DNA of 64,000 nt from Hormoscilla sp. (GCA_051439505.1 JBFRWI010000070.1:21906-85905), one strand, 5' to 3'. Counted from the stretch's first letter, positions 28,792 through 39,670 are shown. Translations and numbers: made by a program. Notes: generated by a model from the sequence alone, not told the origin.

Positions 28792-31700
28792 ATGATGAAA
28801 ACCGCAAAATCCCCAAACAGTAAAGCTCCAAAACTCTCGCAAACTGGTTTACTGCTGGGGCTGCTTGCCCTGGTGCCAACTACCTTCCTGCCCATGCAGG
28901 CTCGGGCGCAAATCTCGTCGGATGGGACTCTCTCTACCAGCGTCACGACCAATGGTAACAGTTTCACGATTAATGGCGGGGACAGAGCGGGTGGGAATCT
29001 GTTTCACAGTTTCTCAGAGTTTTCGGTTCCCACCGGCGGAGAGGCGTTCTTCAATAATGACCTGGATGTGGAGAATATCTTCAGCCGGGTGACGGGGGGG
29101 AATATTTCTAATATTGATGGGTTGATTAGAGCAAATGGCAGTGCTAATCTGTTTCTGCTGAACCCGGCGGGAATTGTCTTTGGCCCCAATGCTCGTCTAA
29201 ATATTGGCGGTTCGTTCCTGGGGAGTTCTGCGAGTAGTCTGATGTTTCCTGGTGGGACGGAGTTTAGCGCTACTGATACTCAAAGTACGCCGCTGCTGAC
29301 GATCAATGCTCCTATTGGTTTGTGGTTTAGGGGCAATGAGGGTAATATTGTCAACCGGTCTGCTGTCAATGATGTTGGTCTTCAGGTACAGCCAGGAAGA
29401 TCCTTGGGACTGGTAGGTGGCAATGTCAGCTTGGATGGGGGAATGATCGCAGCACCGGGGGGACGAGTTGATCTGGGAGGTTTGGCAGCACTGGGAACGG
29501 TGGGGCTCAATGATGATGGGAGTTTGAGTTTCCCGGATGCCGTGGCCCGAGGTAATGTATCCTTCGCGAATGCAGCTTTTGTGGATGTGCGTGCAGGAGG
29601 CGGCGGGACGATCGCAGTTAATGCCCGGGATATGGAAATGCTGGGAGGAAGTCGCCTTTGGGCTGGTATTGGCGAAGACATGGGTACAGCGGGGAGTAAT
29701 GCTGGCGATGTGAAGTTGAACGCGACAGAGTCAATTATTGTTAGTGAGTCGAGCAATATACAGAACCGAGTATTCAATACTGGCTCCATGGGTAATAGCG
29801 GTGACATAAATGTGAAGGCGGGTTCACTGTTGTTATCAGATGGTGGTTTCTTTAGTGCCAGTACCTTTGGCAGGGGCGATGCTGGAAATATCAATGTTGA
29901 TGTCAGCGGTCCAGTTAATCTTACCGGTGTGGCAGATGATGGCGAAACTAGCAGATTTGCTAGCGTGGTGACAGAAGGGGCAGTGGGGAATGGGGGAGAG
30001 ATAAAAATAAATGCAGGTTCTGTCTCCCTAAGTAACGGCGCTTTACTAACTACTCAAGTTTTTGGAGCTTTTGAGGGGCTAGATGCTGGACAGGGAAATG
30101 CAGGTGACATAACGATATCCACGGGCTCGCTCTCGTTGAATGGGGAAAGCACGCTCGTAACAGCTAGTACCTTTGGACAGGGGAATGCAGGTAACGTAAT
30201 AATCGAAGCTGATGGAAATGTCAGCCTGGAAGGTGGAAATATATTCAGCAATGTCGAAACAGGAGCGGTTGGTGATAGTGGTAACATAGAGATAAGGGCG
30301 GGTGTACTTTCGTTAATTAATGGTGTTCAAGTACAAACAGCAGTTAATGGGATTTCTGAAAGTAACCCAGAACTACCCGGAGGACGAGGAAATGCTGGTC
30401 AAATAATGATTGATGTGAGGGGCGCGGTAGAAATAATGGGGGAAGGTACGGATGGATTTCCGAGTGGCATCTTCAGTAACTTGGGGGAAGGAGCGGTAGG
30501 TAGTGGTGGAAGCATCGAGATCGAGGCGCGATCGGTGGAAGTGAGCAATGGCGCTGTACTGAGTACTGGCACATCGGGAGAAGGGGATGGAGGGAGCGTC
30601 AGAATTTCAGCAGATGGAGAAGTAAGGCTGTCTGATGAAAGCCTAATAGCTAGCAGTGTGGGAGAAGAAGGGGTTGGTACCGGAGGCAACATCGAGATCG
30701 CAGGGGAAGCGGTGTCTTTGAGCGATGGCGCTAGGTTGTTTACTAGCACATTTGGAGAAGGAGATGCCGGGAACGTCATAATTTCAGCGGATGGAGAAGT
30801 AAGGCTGTCTGATGAAAGCAGCATAAGTAGCAGTGTGGGAGAAGGAGGGGTTGGTACCGGAGGCAACATCGAGATCGCAGGGCGATCGGTGTCTTTGAGC
30901 AATGGCGCTTTACTGAATACTGGCACATCGGGAGAAGGGGATGCAGGGAACGTCATAATTTCAGCGGATGGAGAAGTAAGGCTGTCTGATGAAAGCCTAA
31001 TAGCTAGCAGTGTGGGAGAAGGAGGGGTTGGTACCGGAGGCAACGTCGAGATCGCAGGGCGATCGGTGTCTTTGAGCAATGGCGCTGCGTTGTCTACTGG
31101 CACATTGGGAGAAGGGGACGCAGGTGAGGTAAGACTTAACGCATCAGAAGAAGTTACCTTGGAAGATGCATTAATCTTGAACCTGGTGGTAACAGGAGCG
31201 GTAGGCAATGGAGGTAGTATTGAGATAACAGGGCGATCGGTGTCTTTGAGCGATGGCGCTACACTGAGTAGTGACACATCGGGAGAAGGGGATGCAGGTG
31301 AGGTAAGAGTTAACGCATCAGAAGAAGTTACCTTGGAAGATGTAATCATCTTGAGCACGGTGGCAACAGGAGCGGTAGGCAATGGAGGTAGTATTGAGAT
31401 AACAGGGCGATCGGTGTCTTTGAGGAATGGCGGTTTAGTGAGTACTAGCACGTTGGGAGAAGGGGATCCAGGGAATGTCAGAATTGACGCATCCGGAGAA
31501 GTAAGGCTGTCTGATGAAATCAGTATAAGTAGCAGTGTGGGAATAGGAGCGGTAGGTACCGGGGGCAGTATTGATATTACAGCGCGATCGCTATCTTTAA
31601 CCAATGGTGCTATAGTGAATACTAGCACATTTGGAGAAGGGGATGCAGGGAGTGTAGTAATTTCAGCTAACGGAGAAGTAATGCTGGAAGGTGAAGGTGG

Positions 31701-33063
31701 AGGCATCATTAGCGCTGTGTCCCAAGAAGCGGTAGGGAATGGGGGCAGTATAGAAATAAAGGCCCGATCGCTATCTTTAACCAATGGCGGTTTAGTGAGT
31801 ACTAGCACATTGGGAGAAGGGGATGCCGGGAGTATAAAAATTGACGCATCCGGAGAAGTAATGCTAGAAGGTGGCTTTATAACAAGTGGCTTGGAAGGAG
31901 AAGCGGTAGGTACCGGGGGAAGTATTGATATTACCGGGCGATCGCTATCTTTAACCAATGGCGCTTTAGTGAGTACTGGCACATCGGGAGAAGGGGATGC
32001 AGGAAGTGTAAGAATTGACGCATCAGAAGAAGTTACCTTGGAAGATGGATTCATCTTCAGCACGGTGGAAAGAGGAGGGGTAGGCAATGGGGGAAGTATT
32101 GATATTACCGGGCGATCGGTGTCTTTGAGCAATGGCGCTCAACTGAGTACTAGCACAGAGGGAGAAGGAGATGCAGGGAACGTAAGAATTGACGCATCCG
32201 GAGAAGTAAGGCTGTCTGATGAAAGCAGCATAAGTAGCAGTTCGGTTTCCTTAGCTGATGGGGCAGAGGTAACACTCAGCAGTGCCGGGACAGGATCGGC
32301 AGGCAATCTCATAGTGAATGCTAGTGAAATTAGCCTCAACAACGGCACCCTCGACGCCAGAACAGCTTCGGGAAACCAGGGAAACATTACTCTCAATGCT
32401 TCAGAAAATATCCAGTTGCGCAATAGTAGTGCGATCAACACTAACGCGGTGGGCACTGCCACTGGTGGGAATATCTCGATCGACACTGACTTCTTAATTG
32501 CTTTTCCAGGAAATAGCGATATCACGGCCAACGCCATCCAGGGAGATGGAGGCAGGATCTCTATTACCGCAGAGGGGATCTTGGGAATAGCGCAGCGGGA
32601 CTCCCAAACTCCGGAAAACGACATCACAGTTACTTCCACCTTTGGCAGTTCGGGGGAAGTGATCTTTAACCTGCCAGATGTGGACGCCCTGCGGGGAATA
32701 GAGGAATTATCAGATAATGCAATAGACCCCGAAGAAGCAGTGGCCCAAGCTTGTCGCACAGACTCAGAGGACGACAGTTCATTCACTGTTATCGGTCGGG
32801 GAGGTTTGCCTCGGGGCCCGCAAGATCCTCTGGTTAGCGATAACATGGAAGTGGGAGGTGCCCGCTCATCTCAGGCCGCCCCAAACAAACCCCCGATCGT
32901 GAGATTAGTAGAAGATACGGAGCCCATTTCTTCAGAAGATATCGTACTGGCCCGAGGTTGGATAGTTAATGAAGATGGGGTAGTGGAACTGACGGCCTAT
33001 CCTACTCCCTTAACGGGCGATCGGCCTTTCCCAACTCCTGTGAGGTGTCCCGGGAAAAAGTGA
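28792..33063 (+). CDS. Filamentous haemagglutinin-family TpsA exoprotein
   Basis: Signal peptide (AQI), TPS domain NLFHSFSEF, NIFSRVTGG, NPAGIVFGPNARL; about 10 Gly-rich 58-59-aa repeats; C-terminal SSFTVIGRGGLP. Confidence 0.9.
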   Translation: MMKTAKSPNSKAPKLSQTGLLLGLLALVPTTFLPMQARAQISSDGTLSTSVTTNGNSFTINGGDRAGGNLFHSFSEFSVPTGGEAFFNNDLDVENIFSRVTGGNISNIDGLIRANGSANLFLLNPAGIVFGPNARLNIGGSFLGSSASSLMFPGGTEFSATDTQSTPLLTINAPIGLWFRGNEGNIVNRSAVNDVGLQVQPGRSLGLVGGNVSLDGGMIAAPGGRVDLGGLAALGTVGLNDDGSLSFPDAVARGNVSFANAAFVDVRAGGGGTIAVNARDMEMLGGSRLWAGIGEDMGTAGSNAGDVKLNATESIIVSESSNIQNRVFNTGSMGNSGDINVKAGSLLLSDGGFFSASTFGRGDAGNINVDVSGPVNLTGVADDGETSRFASVVTEGAVGNGGEIKINAGSVSLSNGALLTTQVFGAFEGLDAGQGNAGDITISTGSLSLNGESTLVTASTFGQGNAGNVIIEADGNVSLEGGNIFSNVETGAVGDSGNIEIRAGVLSLINGVQVQTAVNGISESNPELPGGRGNAGQIMIDVRGAVEIMGEGTDGFPSGIFSNLGEGAVGSGGSIEIEARSVEVSNGAVLSTGTSGEGDGGSVRISADGEVRLSDESLIASSVGEEGVGTGGNIEIAGEAVSLSDGARLFTSTFGEGDAGNVIISADGEVRLSDESSISSSVGEGGVGTGGNIEIAGRSVSLSNGALLNTGTSGEGDAGNVIISADGEVRLSDESLIASSVGEGGVGTGGNVEIAGRSVSLSNGAALSTGTLGEGDAGEVRLNASEEVTLEDALILNLVVTGAVGNGGSIEITGRSVSLSDGATLSSDTSGEGDAGEVRVNASEEVTLEDVIILSTVATGAVGNGGSIEITGRSVSLRNGGLVSTSTLGEGDPGNVRIDASGEVRLSDEISISSSVGIGAVGTGGSIDITARSLSLTNGAIVNTSTFGEGDAGSVVISANGEVMLEGEGGGIISAVSQEAVGNGGSIEIKARSLSLTNGGLVSTSTLGEGDAGSIKIDASGEVMLEGGFITSGLEGEAVGTGGSIDITGRSLSLTNGALVSTGTSGEGDAGSVRIDASEEVTLEDGFIFSTVERGGVGNGGSIDITGRSVSLSNGAQLSTSTEGEGDAGNVRIDASGEVRLSDESSISSSSVSLADGAEVTLSSAGTGSAGNLIVNASEISLNNGTLDARTASGNQGNITLNASENIQLRNSSAINTNAVGTATGGNISIDTDFLIAFPGNSDITANAIQGDGGRISITAEGILGIAQRDSQTPENDITVTSTFGSSGEVIFNLPDVDALRGIEELSDNAIDPEEAVAQACRTDSEDDSSFTVIGRGGLPRGPQDPLVSDNMEVGGARSSQAAPNKPPIVRLVEDTEPISSEDIVLARGWIVNEDGVVELTAYPTPLTGDRPFPTPVRCPGKK

Positions 33064-33070
33064 ACCGTTT

Positions 33071-33101
33071 CTCGTTCCCGGTCTCTGACAGGGAACGAGA
33101 G
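33071..33101. repeat. CTCGTTCCC...GGGAACGAG REP hairpin
   Basis: ctcgttcccggtctctgacagggaacgag; related copies near 28351 and 39556. Confidence 0.75.
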
Positions 33102-33131
33102 AATTTATTTTTACACGAGTCCCTTACTGCT

Positions 33132-33764
33132 ATGCATGCTGTTGTTTCCCCTGAAAAAATTACATTGCGCCCTGGAACCGTGATGCGAATGCCCGGAACC
33201 TGGCAAGACTACTGTGCCCTGCGCGATAGTCGGGGGGATGGATCTATTCCCCGTATTAAGTTTCGTAATGGTGAAATTCTGCTAATGAGTCCTTTACCTA
33301 TACACGGGCGCGAAGCCCATCTGCTTGCTAGAATTGTTGAAGAATTGCTCAATAGTGAAACCCGCAACTATGAAGCCTTTACCCCCATTACAATGAACAT
33401 TCCCAAAGCAGGGGGGATCGAACCAGACTACTGTTTTTACATCGACAACTGGCAAGCTGTCATCGGCAAAGATAGGATCGACTGGCAAGCGGATCCGCCG
33501 CCAGATCTGGTCATCGAAATTGATGTCACCTCCTATACGGATGCTGAAGACTATGGGCCTTATCGAGTGCCAGAAGTCTGGCTATTCAAAAAAAGCAAGT
33601 TAAAGATATACAGCTTGCAAGGGGAATCTTATCAACAGCAAACCTTGAGCCGCTATTTCCCAAACATTGACTTGACAAAGCTTATCGGAGATGTCCTTGA
33701 GGTGGCATCCGCACGAGGCACTGGCGTGGCCCTGGGCGAACTCCGCCAACAGTTGATGAAATAG
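33132..33764 (+). CDS. Uma2-family (DUF820) endonuclease-fold protein
   Basis: TWQDY, LMSPLPIH, IEPDYCFY, PPDLVIEIDVTS, VPEVW. Confidence 0.88.
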   Translation: MHAVVSPEKITLRPGTVMRMPGTWQDYCALRDSRGDGSIPRIKFRNGEILLMSPLPIHGREAHLLARIVEELLNSETRNYEAFTPITMNIPKAGGIEPDYCFYIDNWQAVIGKDRIDWQADPPPDLVIEIDVTSYTDAEDYGPYRVPEVWLFKKSKLKIYSLQGESYQQQTLSRYFPNIDLTKLIGDVLEVASARGTGVALGELRQQLMK

Positions 33765-33781
33765 CCCCTGAATGTTATGCT

Positions 33782-33853
33782 CGTTTTACTACGAACGGGA
33801 AACGCTTTAGCGTTTACTACGAACGGGGAAACGCTAAAGCGTTTACTACGAAC
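33782..33853. repeat. Three tandem tttactacgaac REP-type units
   Basis: aaacgct..agcgtttactacgaac units with ~28-29-bp period; the same core occurs near 11913. Confidence 0.75.
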
Positions 33854-33867
33854 CGAGAGGAAAAACT

Positions 33868-35610
33868 ATGCAAAATATCACCTTTATCCGTAATTGGATC
33901 ATACTCCAGATCGCCCTAGCAGGGACGGCCTTAGCAACAACTCCAGCAGTGGCCCAGGAAACAGCTCAAAACATCATCCCTCGACTGCCACCGCGTCCGG
34001 AACTGGAACCTCGGCCTCCAGAAGAACTCCCTTCTCCCGAAGAACTGCTGGAAAGGCCATTGCCAACTCCTCCCCAACCACAAATTGAACCGGGTTTAAG
34101 CACCATCATCGTTTCCGGTTTCGAGATCGTCGGTAACACTGCCTTCAGCGAGGCAGAGTTACAGAAGGTACTGGAAAAGTTCGCAAACCGCCCTATTACC
34201 TTTGCCGAACTGCTGCAAGTAGAAGCGGTCATCACTCAGCTATATATAGACAATGGATATTTAAATTCCGGGGCAAGCATCTCACCCCAAACCTTGGAAA
34301 CAGGTACAGTCACAGTTAGGATTACAGAAGGTAGCTTAGCCCAAATAAATGTTACCGTAGATGGTAGGCTAAACCCCGGCTACGTCCGCAGTCGCCTCGC
34401 GATCGGGGGTCGCGATCCCTTAAACGTCAACCACCTGCAAGAAGCATTACAACTGCTACAAATAGATCCGCTGATCGAAAATATCAGGGCAGAACTTTCC
34501 CAAGGGACGCGGCGGGAGTTATGGACCCTAGATGTAGAAGTAAAAGTCGCCCCCGCCTTTGAACCGCAAATAATTGCTGATAACAGTCGCAACCCCAGCG
34601 TCGGCAGTTTCCAGCGGGAAGCCCAACTCTACCACGGCAACCTGCTGGGACTGGGAGATAAAATCAGTATAGCTTACAATAATACTGACGGCAGCGATGG
34701 CTATGAAGGCAGCTACAGCCTGCCCATCAATGGCCGCAATGGTACAATTGACTTTCTGTACCGCAGCGTAGACAGCGACATCATCGAACCCCCCTTCTCC
34801 GACTTAGATATCAAGTCCAACTCTCGCAGCTATGAGTTAACATATCGTCAACCCGTAGTCCGCAGAGCGAGGGTAGGTTCGGGTTCGATCCGGGAACTCG
34901 CCCTGGGCCTGAGTGCAACTCGCCGGGAAAGCGATACAACTTTATTAGGAGAAAGGTTTCCCCTGTCCCTGGGGGCAAACTCCCGAGGGGAAACCCGTAT
35001 ATCGGCGGTGAGATTTTTCCAAGAATGGACTCAGCGTACCAGTCGCGAAGTGCTCGCAGCTAGGTCCCAATTTAGTTTAGGAGTGGGAGCCTTGGATGCT
35101 ACCATCAATAAAGATGAGCCCGACAGTCGCTTTTTCGCCTGGCGAGGCCAAGGGTTGTGGTTGCGACAATTAGGTCCAGACGCCAACTTGGTGCTTCGTT
35201 CCGACATCCAACTTGCTACCATAGACTTAGTACCTTTAGAGCAATTTGGTTTAGGAGGGATCCGCAGCGTGCGGGGATACCGCCAGGACGCCCTGCTAGC
35301 TGATAATGGCGTATTTGCGAGCGCCGAACTATTTTTACCAGTATGGCGAGTTCCCCAAAAGGATATGGTATTATCATTCATACCCTTTGTAGATGTGGGC
35401 ACAGTTTGGAACAGCGGGCGAAAAAATCCCGATGATACGACTCTGCTGTCCTTGGGAGTCGGGTTGCAGTGGCAGATAGCCGAGAAATTGCGGGTGCGTT
35501 TGGACTGGGGTATACCTTTAATCGATATTAATCAGAATCAGAGGGAGCGAACATGGCAAGAAAATGGTCTATATTTTTCTATAGAGTTAAATCCCTTCTC
35601 CAACAGGTAG
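33868..35610 (+). CDS. ShlB/FhaC/HecB-family TpsB outer-membrane transporter
   Basis: POTRA (ITQLYIDNGYLNSGA), GGIRSVRGY motif, C-terminal beta-strands. Confidence 0.92.
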   Translation: MQNITFIRNWIILQIALAGTALATTPAVAQETAQNIIPRLPPRPELEPRPPEELPSPEELLERPLPTPPQPQIEPGLSTIIVSGFEIVGNTAFSEAELQKVLEKFANRPITFAELLQVEAVITQLYIDNGYLNSGASISPQTLETGTVTVRITEGSLAQINVTVDGRLNPGYVRSRLAIGGRDPLNVNHLQEALQLLQIDPLIENIRAELSQGTRRELWTLDVEVKVAPAFEPQIIADNSRNPSVGSFQREAQLYHGNLLGLGDKISIAYNNTDGSDGYEGSYSLPINGRNGTIDFLYRSVDSDIIEPPFSDLDIKSNSRSYELTYRQPVVRRARVGSGSIRELALGLSATRRESDTTLLGERFPLSLGANSRGETRISAVRFFQEWTQRTSREVLAARSQFSLGVGALDATINKDEPDSRFFAWRGQGLWLRQLGPDANLVLRSDIQLATIDLVPLEQFGLGGIRSVRGYRQDALLADNGVFASAELFLPVWRVPQKDMVLSFIPFVDVGTVWNSGRKNPDDTTLLSLGVGLQWQIAEKLRVRLDWGIPLIDINQNQRERTWQENGLYFSIELNPFSNR

Positions 35611-35615
35611 TGAGA

Positions 35616-38279
35616 ATGTGGGCTATACGGAAGCGCCGAATCACTTTCATTATATTAGCATTGCTGGGATTTATTTCCACTCAGGCGGTGCCGGGGATTT
35701 CGGCCCAAAGACAAGATGTAATGCCCGATCGGGCCCTCGGGAAAACATTTCAGATATCGCAAGCAGGGAATGCTTCCCAATTGGCCCAGGAGGGGTTACA
35801 ATTATATCAAGCAGGGCAAATAGAGTCTGCCTTAGAGCGTTGGCAAAAGGCCGCAGAGATCTACGAGCAAATGGGCGATCGCTCTCAAGCAACGGAAATT
35901 ATGCTAAGCAAGGCCGCAGCAGAACAAGCCCTAGGATATTATCCCCAATCATACAAGACGATCGTCAGAGCAATGGGGCTTGACAAGGCAGCGGAAAAGA
36001 GGTTAACATTGGAAATAGACGAGGTCTCCAATGTTCTAGAGAAGGATCCAGAGAATAAAGATGCCCGAGGAGAACTAAGAGGGGCGATCGCGGAAATGAC
36101 GGCAGGAACGGCAGGAGTGAATAAAGCGAGAGGGTTGCGCCTGTTAGGAGAATATTTCCAACAGACAGGGAAGTTAGAGGTATCGTCTTTAGTATTGCAG
36201 GACAGTATCCGAGTATCGGGAGAGAACGGGGAGGCGAGTGCAGCGCTAGTCAGTTTGGGGAACACGGCGAGGGCGATCGGGCAAAAAGAGCAAGCCCAGA
36301 AAAATCCTTTAGAAGAGGCATCTCTGTTGGTAATGCTGGAGGAAGACGAGCCAGGTATTCTGAAGAGGGAACTGAACAAAACCCTAGTGGAAGCGTTTTT
36401 AATTCCCTATGAGGAAGCTTTAGCTTCCTATAAGCAAGCAGCAAGTTTATCCCAGTCTCAAACCAGAAAAATTCAGGCGCAACTAAATCACCTAGACTTA
36501 TTGGTAGATGTCAAGGTAGGGTTGTCCCGATCGATCGCATCAGCAGGGGAGACAGATGAGAGAGTAGAACGAGTAAGAAACAAATTATTGCCCCAACTGC
36601 ATGCCGAGATCGACAAGGAAGTAGAGAGTTTGTTACCCGACATCCCCTTTCAGCTTGACAGCTTGCCTGCCAGTCGGAAAACAGTGTATAGTAGGATTAA
36701 ACTCGCCCAAAGTCTGAAGGCACTGGAACGGGAAACTGCCACTAGAGCCCAGTTATTAGCAACCGCTGCTACAGAAGCCGAAGATCTAGGAGACCTGCAA
36801 GCACAAAGCTACGCCCTAGGGAATTTGGGAACGCTATACGAAGAGAAAAAAAGGTGGGATGAAGCCGAACGGGTTACTTCCTCAGCCCTCAGCATCGCCT
36901 CAACAAGTGCAGCACCAGAAATAGCCTATCAGTGGCAGTGGCAACTGGGACGCATCCTGGTAAACAAAGAAGACCGAGAAGGGGCGATCGCGGCCTACGA
37001 TGCTGCCTTCAATACCCTAAAATCATTGCGGAAGGACTTAGCAGCGAGCGATCGCAACATCAAGTTTTCATTTCAGGATAGCATCGAACCCCTATATCGG
37101 CAGTACGTCAGCTTGTTACTGCGATCGCAGGCAGATCAAAATGACTTAGAGAAAGCCCGCCAAGTGCTAGAACAACTGCAAATAGCCGAACTAGACGACT
37201 TCTTTGGCGACCCCTGTTCGGAGGTTGACAGGGAAGTAGAAATTGACAAGATTGACGATCCAGCCGCAATCATTTATCCTATTATCTTAGAAGATCGTTT
37301 AGAAGTCATCCTGAAACTGCCTCTTCAGAACCTCCGCCATTACACGACTCGCATATCCACCGAAGAAGTAGAAGCGATCGTAGACGAACTGCGCAGTCAA
37401 ATTAATGCTCCACCAATACAACCCCGGTCTCCAGATTATTTGTCTGCCGCTCAACAGCTATATAATTGGCTGATCTCCCCAGCGAACTTGGACAGCAGCG
37501 AAGTGCAAACCTTAGTATTCGTACTGGACGGTCCCCTGCGCCAGATCCCCATGGCAGTATTGCACGACGGTGAAAAGCATCTGATCGAAAAGTATAACCT
37601 GGCCCTGACCCTAGGTCTAAAACTGACAGCCGCCGAACCATTCCAACAAAGAAAGATTAAAGTCTTAGCTGCGGGGATGACCAAAAGCTTTCCCGAACTA
37701 GGCTTTCGCAATGATATCCCCGCCGTAGAGGACGAGTTAAATCGAATCGAGGAAACATTTCAACCAAATGTGGAGGTGCTAGCGCAAGAAGAGTTTACCC
37801 AAATGAAGTTGCAAGAGCAGTTGCAAAGGTCGAAATTTAACCTCGTACATCTTGCCACTCACGGTAAGTTTAGTTCCAACGAAGAGGATACCTTTATTCT
37901 CACAGGAGACGCAGAACTAGAAAATGCACGCATAAATATCGACCAGTTGCAGAAATTACTGGAAGTCAAAGGCCCGTCGAGGGCGATCGAATTACTGGTG
38001 CTGAGTGCCTGCAACACAGCTTCAGGGGACGATCGGGCAGTGTTAGGGTTAGCAGGAGTAGCGGTGCGGGCGGGGGCGCGCAGTACCATAGCGACTCTCT
38101 GGGCAGCTAACGATCCAGCCACCGCCGAACTCATGGGTAATCAATTTTATCCCATATTAAAGACTTCAGGGAGCAAAGCCCAGGCATTGCGTGACTCCCA
38201 ACTAGCTTTATTGAACGATCCGCAGTACAATCATCCCTATTACTGGGCCCCCTTCATCTTAGTAGGAAATTGGCTCTAA
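35616..38279 (+). CDS. TPR + CHAT (caspase-like) domain protein with signal peptide
   Basis: YQWQWQLGR TPR, VHLATHG, LLVLSACNTA, HPYYWAPFILVGNWL. ATG at 35616, just after the TpsB stop. Confidence 0.92.
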   Translation: MWAIRKRRITFIILALLGFISTQAVPGISAQRQDVMPDRALGKTFQISQAGNASQLAQEGLQLYQAGQIESALERWQKAAEIYEQMGDRSQATEIMLSKAAAEQALGYYPQSYKTIVRAMGLDKAAEKRLTLEIDEVSNVLEKDPENKDARGELRGAIAEMTAGTAGVNKARGLRLLGEYFQQTGKLEVSSLVLQDSIRVSGENGEASAALVSLGNTARAIGQKEQAQKNPLEEASLLVMLEEDEPGILKRELNKTLVEAFLIPYEEALASYKQAASLSQSQTRKIQAQLNHLDLLVDVKVGLSRSIASAGETDERVERVRNKLLPQLHAEIDKEVESLLPDIPFQLDSLPASRKTVYSRIKLAQSLKALERETATRAQLLATAATEAEDLGDLQAQSYALGNLGTLYEEKKRWDEAERVTSSALSIASTSAAPEIAYQWQWQLGRILVNKEDREGAIAAYDAAFNTLKSLRKDLAASDRNIKFSFQDSIEPLYRQYVSLLLRSQADQNDLEKARQVLEQLQIAELDDFFGDPCSEVDREVEIDKIDDPAAIIYPIILEDRLEVILKLPLQNLRHYTTRISTEEVEAIVDELRSQINAPPIQPRSPDYLSAAQQLYNWLISPANLDSSEVQTLVFVLDGPLRQIPMAVLHDGEKHLIEKYNLALTLGLKLTAAEPFQQRKIKVLAAGMTKSFPELGFRNDIPAVEDELNRIEETFQPNVEVLAQEEFTQMKLQEQLQRSKFNLVHLATHGKFSSNEEDTFILTGDAELENARINIDQLQKLLEVKGPSRAIELLVLSACNTASGDDRAVLGLAGVAVRAGARSTIATLWAANDPATAELMGNQFYPILKTSGSKAQALRDSQLALLNDPQYNHPYYWAPFILVGNWL

Positions 38280-38378
38280 TCATGGCGAATTGCTAATGGT
38301 TAATTGCCTATTGCGATCGACCATTAACCATTACCTATTGACAACTTTCACTCAAGTGTTATGGGCGTCTCGCCCGTC

Positions 38379-39380
38379 CTACGCCAATAAATTCCGCCGG
38401 GGCTTAAACTCCTCGATCTGCTGCAACTTTTCGTAAACTTCCCGTTCTGCGGGACTAATCTCCTGGGGAATAACAACCTTAATTTCCACAATTTGGTCGC
38501 CACGTCTGCCCCGACTATCAGGATAACCCTTATTCGCCAGGCGCAAGCGTTGACCCGGAGATACACCCGGCGGCACGTTCATTTTCACCAACCCATCCAG
38601 AGTCGGTACTTCTATCGACCCCCCTAACACCGCTTCACAAGGAGTCACGGGTACTTGACAGTAAATATCATCACCTTCCAACCCAAAAAAATCATGAGGT
38701 GCTACAGTAATTTTCAAGAACAGGTCGCCACCGCCAAGACCTTGATTTCGCAGTCGGATCCGCTGCCCAGTTACCATCCCCGGCGGCATCTCTACCTCGA
38801 TCGAGCGCCCATCTTCCAGGCGAATGCGCTCATTTCCCCCCAAAAAAGCCTTTTCTAAAGGTATAGTCAGTCGCGCCTCCACATCCCGCCGAGCCGGAAT
38901 TGTGTTATAAGTTTTCTTAGTGCTGCGCCGATAAGAATCAACAGAAGGATCCGTTACCCGATCGCGTGTTCCCGTCGGCGCACCCACCTTCACTTCTCGC
39001 CGCCGGTTCAGCAAGCTGTCCAAAAAGCCATCAAAAGTGGAGAATTGCTTGAAATACTCCATCTCCTCAGCGGACAAGCGACTACCACTTTTCCCATTCC
39101 GTCCGCCTTTCCCCCGCAACTTCTGGTACTGTAAGAATCGACTAAACTGATCGTATTGCGATCGCCTATTTATATCGGACAGAACCTCATAAGCTTCATT
39201 AATATCTTTAAACCTTTCCTCCGCCTCCTTATCTCCCGGATTCAAATCTGGATGATACTGCCTCGCCAATTTCCGGTATACCCTTTTTATTTCATCCGCC
39301 GACGCCTCTCTGGCAACTCCCAGAATCTCATAGTAATTCCGAAAGTTTTGCATCGTTAGTGGTTTTTGCTTATTATTCAT
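38379..39380 (-). CDS. dnaJ: DnaJ-class co-chaperone without zinc finger
   Basis: J domain with YHPD; DnaJ C-terminal domain; no CxxCxGxG repeats. Start could be the ATG at 39353. Confidence 0.9.
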   Translation of the reverse strand: MNNKQKPLTMQNFRNYYEILGVAREASADEIKRVYRKLARQYHPDLNPGDKEAEERFKDINEAYEVLSDINRRSQYDQFSRFLQYQKLRGKGGRNGKSGSRLSAEEMEYFKQFSTFDGFLDSLLNRRREVKVGAPTGTRDRVTDPSVDSYRRSTKKTYNTIPARRDVEARLTIPLEKAFLGGNERIRLEDGRSIEVEMPPGMVTGQRIRLRNQGLGGGDLFLKITVAPHDFFGLEGDDIYCQVPVTPCEAVLGGSIEVPTLDGLVKMNVPPGVSPGQRLRLANKGYPDSRGRRGDQIVEIKVVIPQEISPAEREVYEKLQQIEEFKPRRNLLA

Positions 39381-39394
39381 TCTGCCACCACATC

Positions 39395-39450
39395 AATTGT
39401 AAGTTGTCAGTTGTCAGTTGTCAGTTATCAGTTATCAGTTGTCAGTTGTC
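39395..39450. repeat. Heptamer STRR (gttgtca/gttatca)
   Basis: Tandem heptamers; the same family occurs at about 41728-41745 and 49220-49268. Confidence 0.8.
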
Positions 39451-39670
39451 ATGCCATTTTAACAAAACAATGCTACAATTACTTTAACATTATTTTAAGT
39501 GCGGTTTTAACTCATATCTTGCACCACTTGCAACTGGAGGCGGAGCCTCGATAATTCGTTCCCAGGCGGGATCCTGGGAACGAGGGGAAAACGCTTTGTA
39601 GACAATGTTGAGAGTGGGTTAAAACCCACTTAAGCCTCGTTTTGCTCGGCACGAAGCAATCTCGAACTAC

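Noticed and set aside
30399..32846. 577-aa and 235-aa minus-strand ORFs
   Set aside because: Antisense shadows of the repetitive Gly/Ser-rich tpsA frame.
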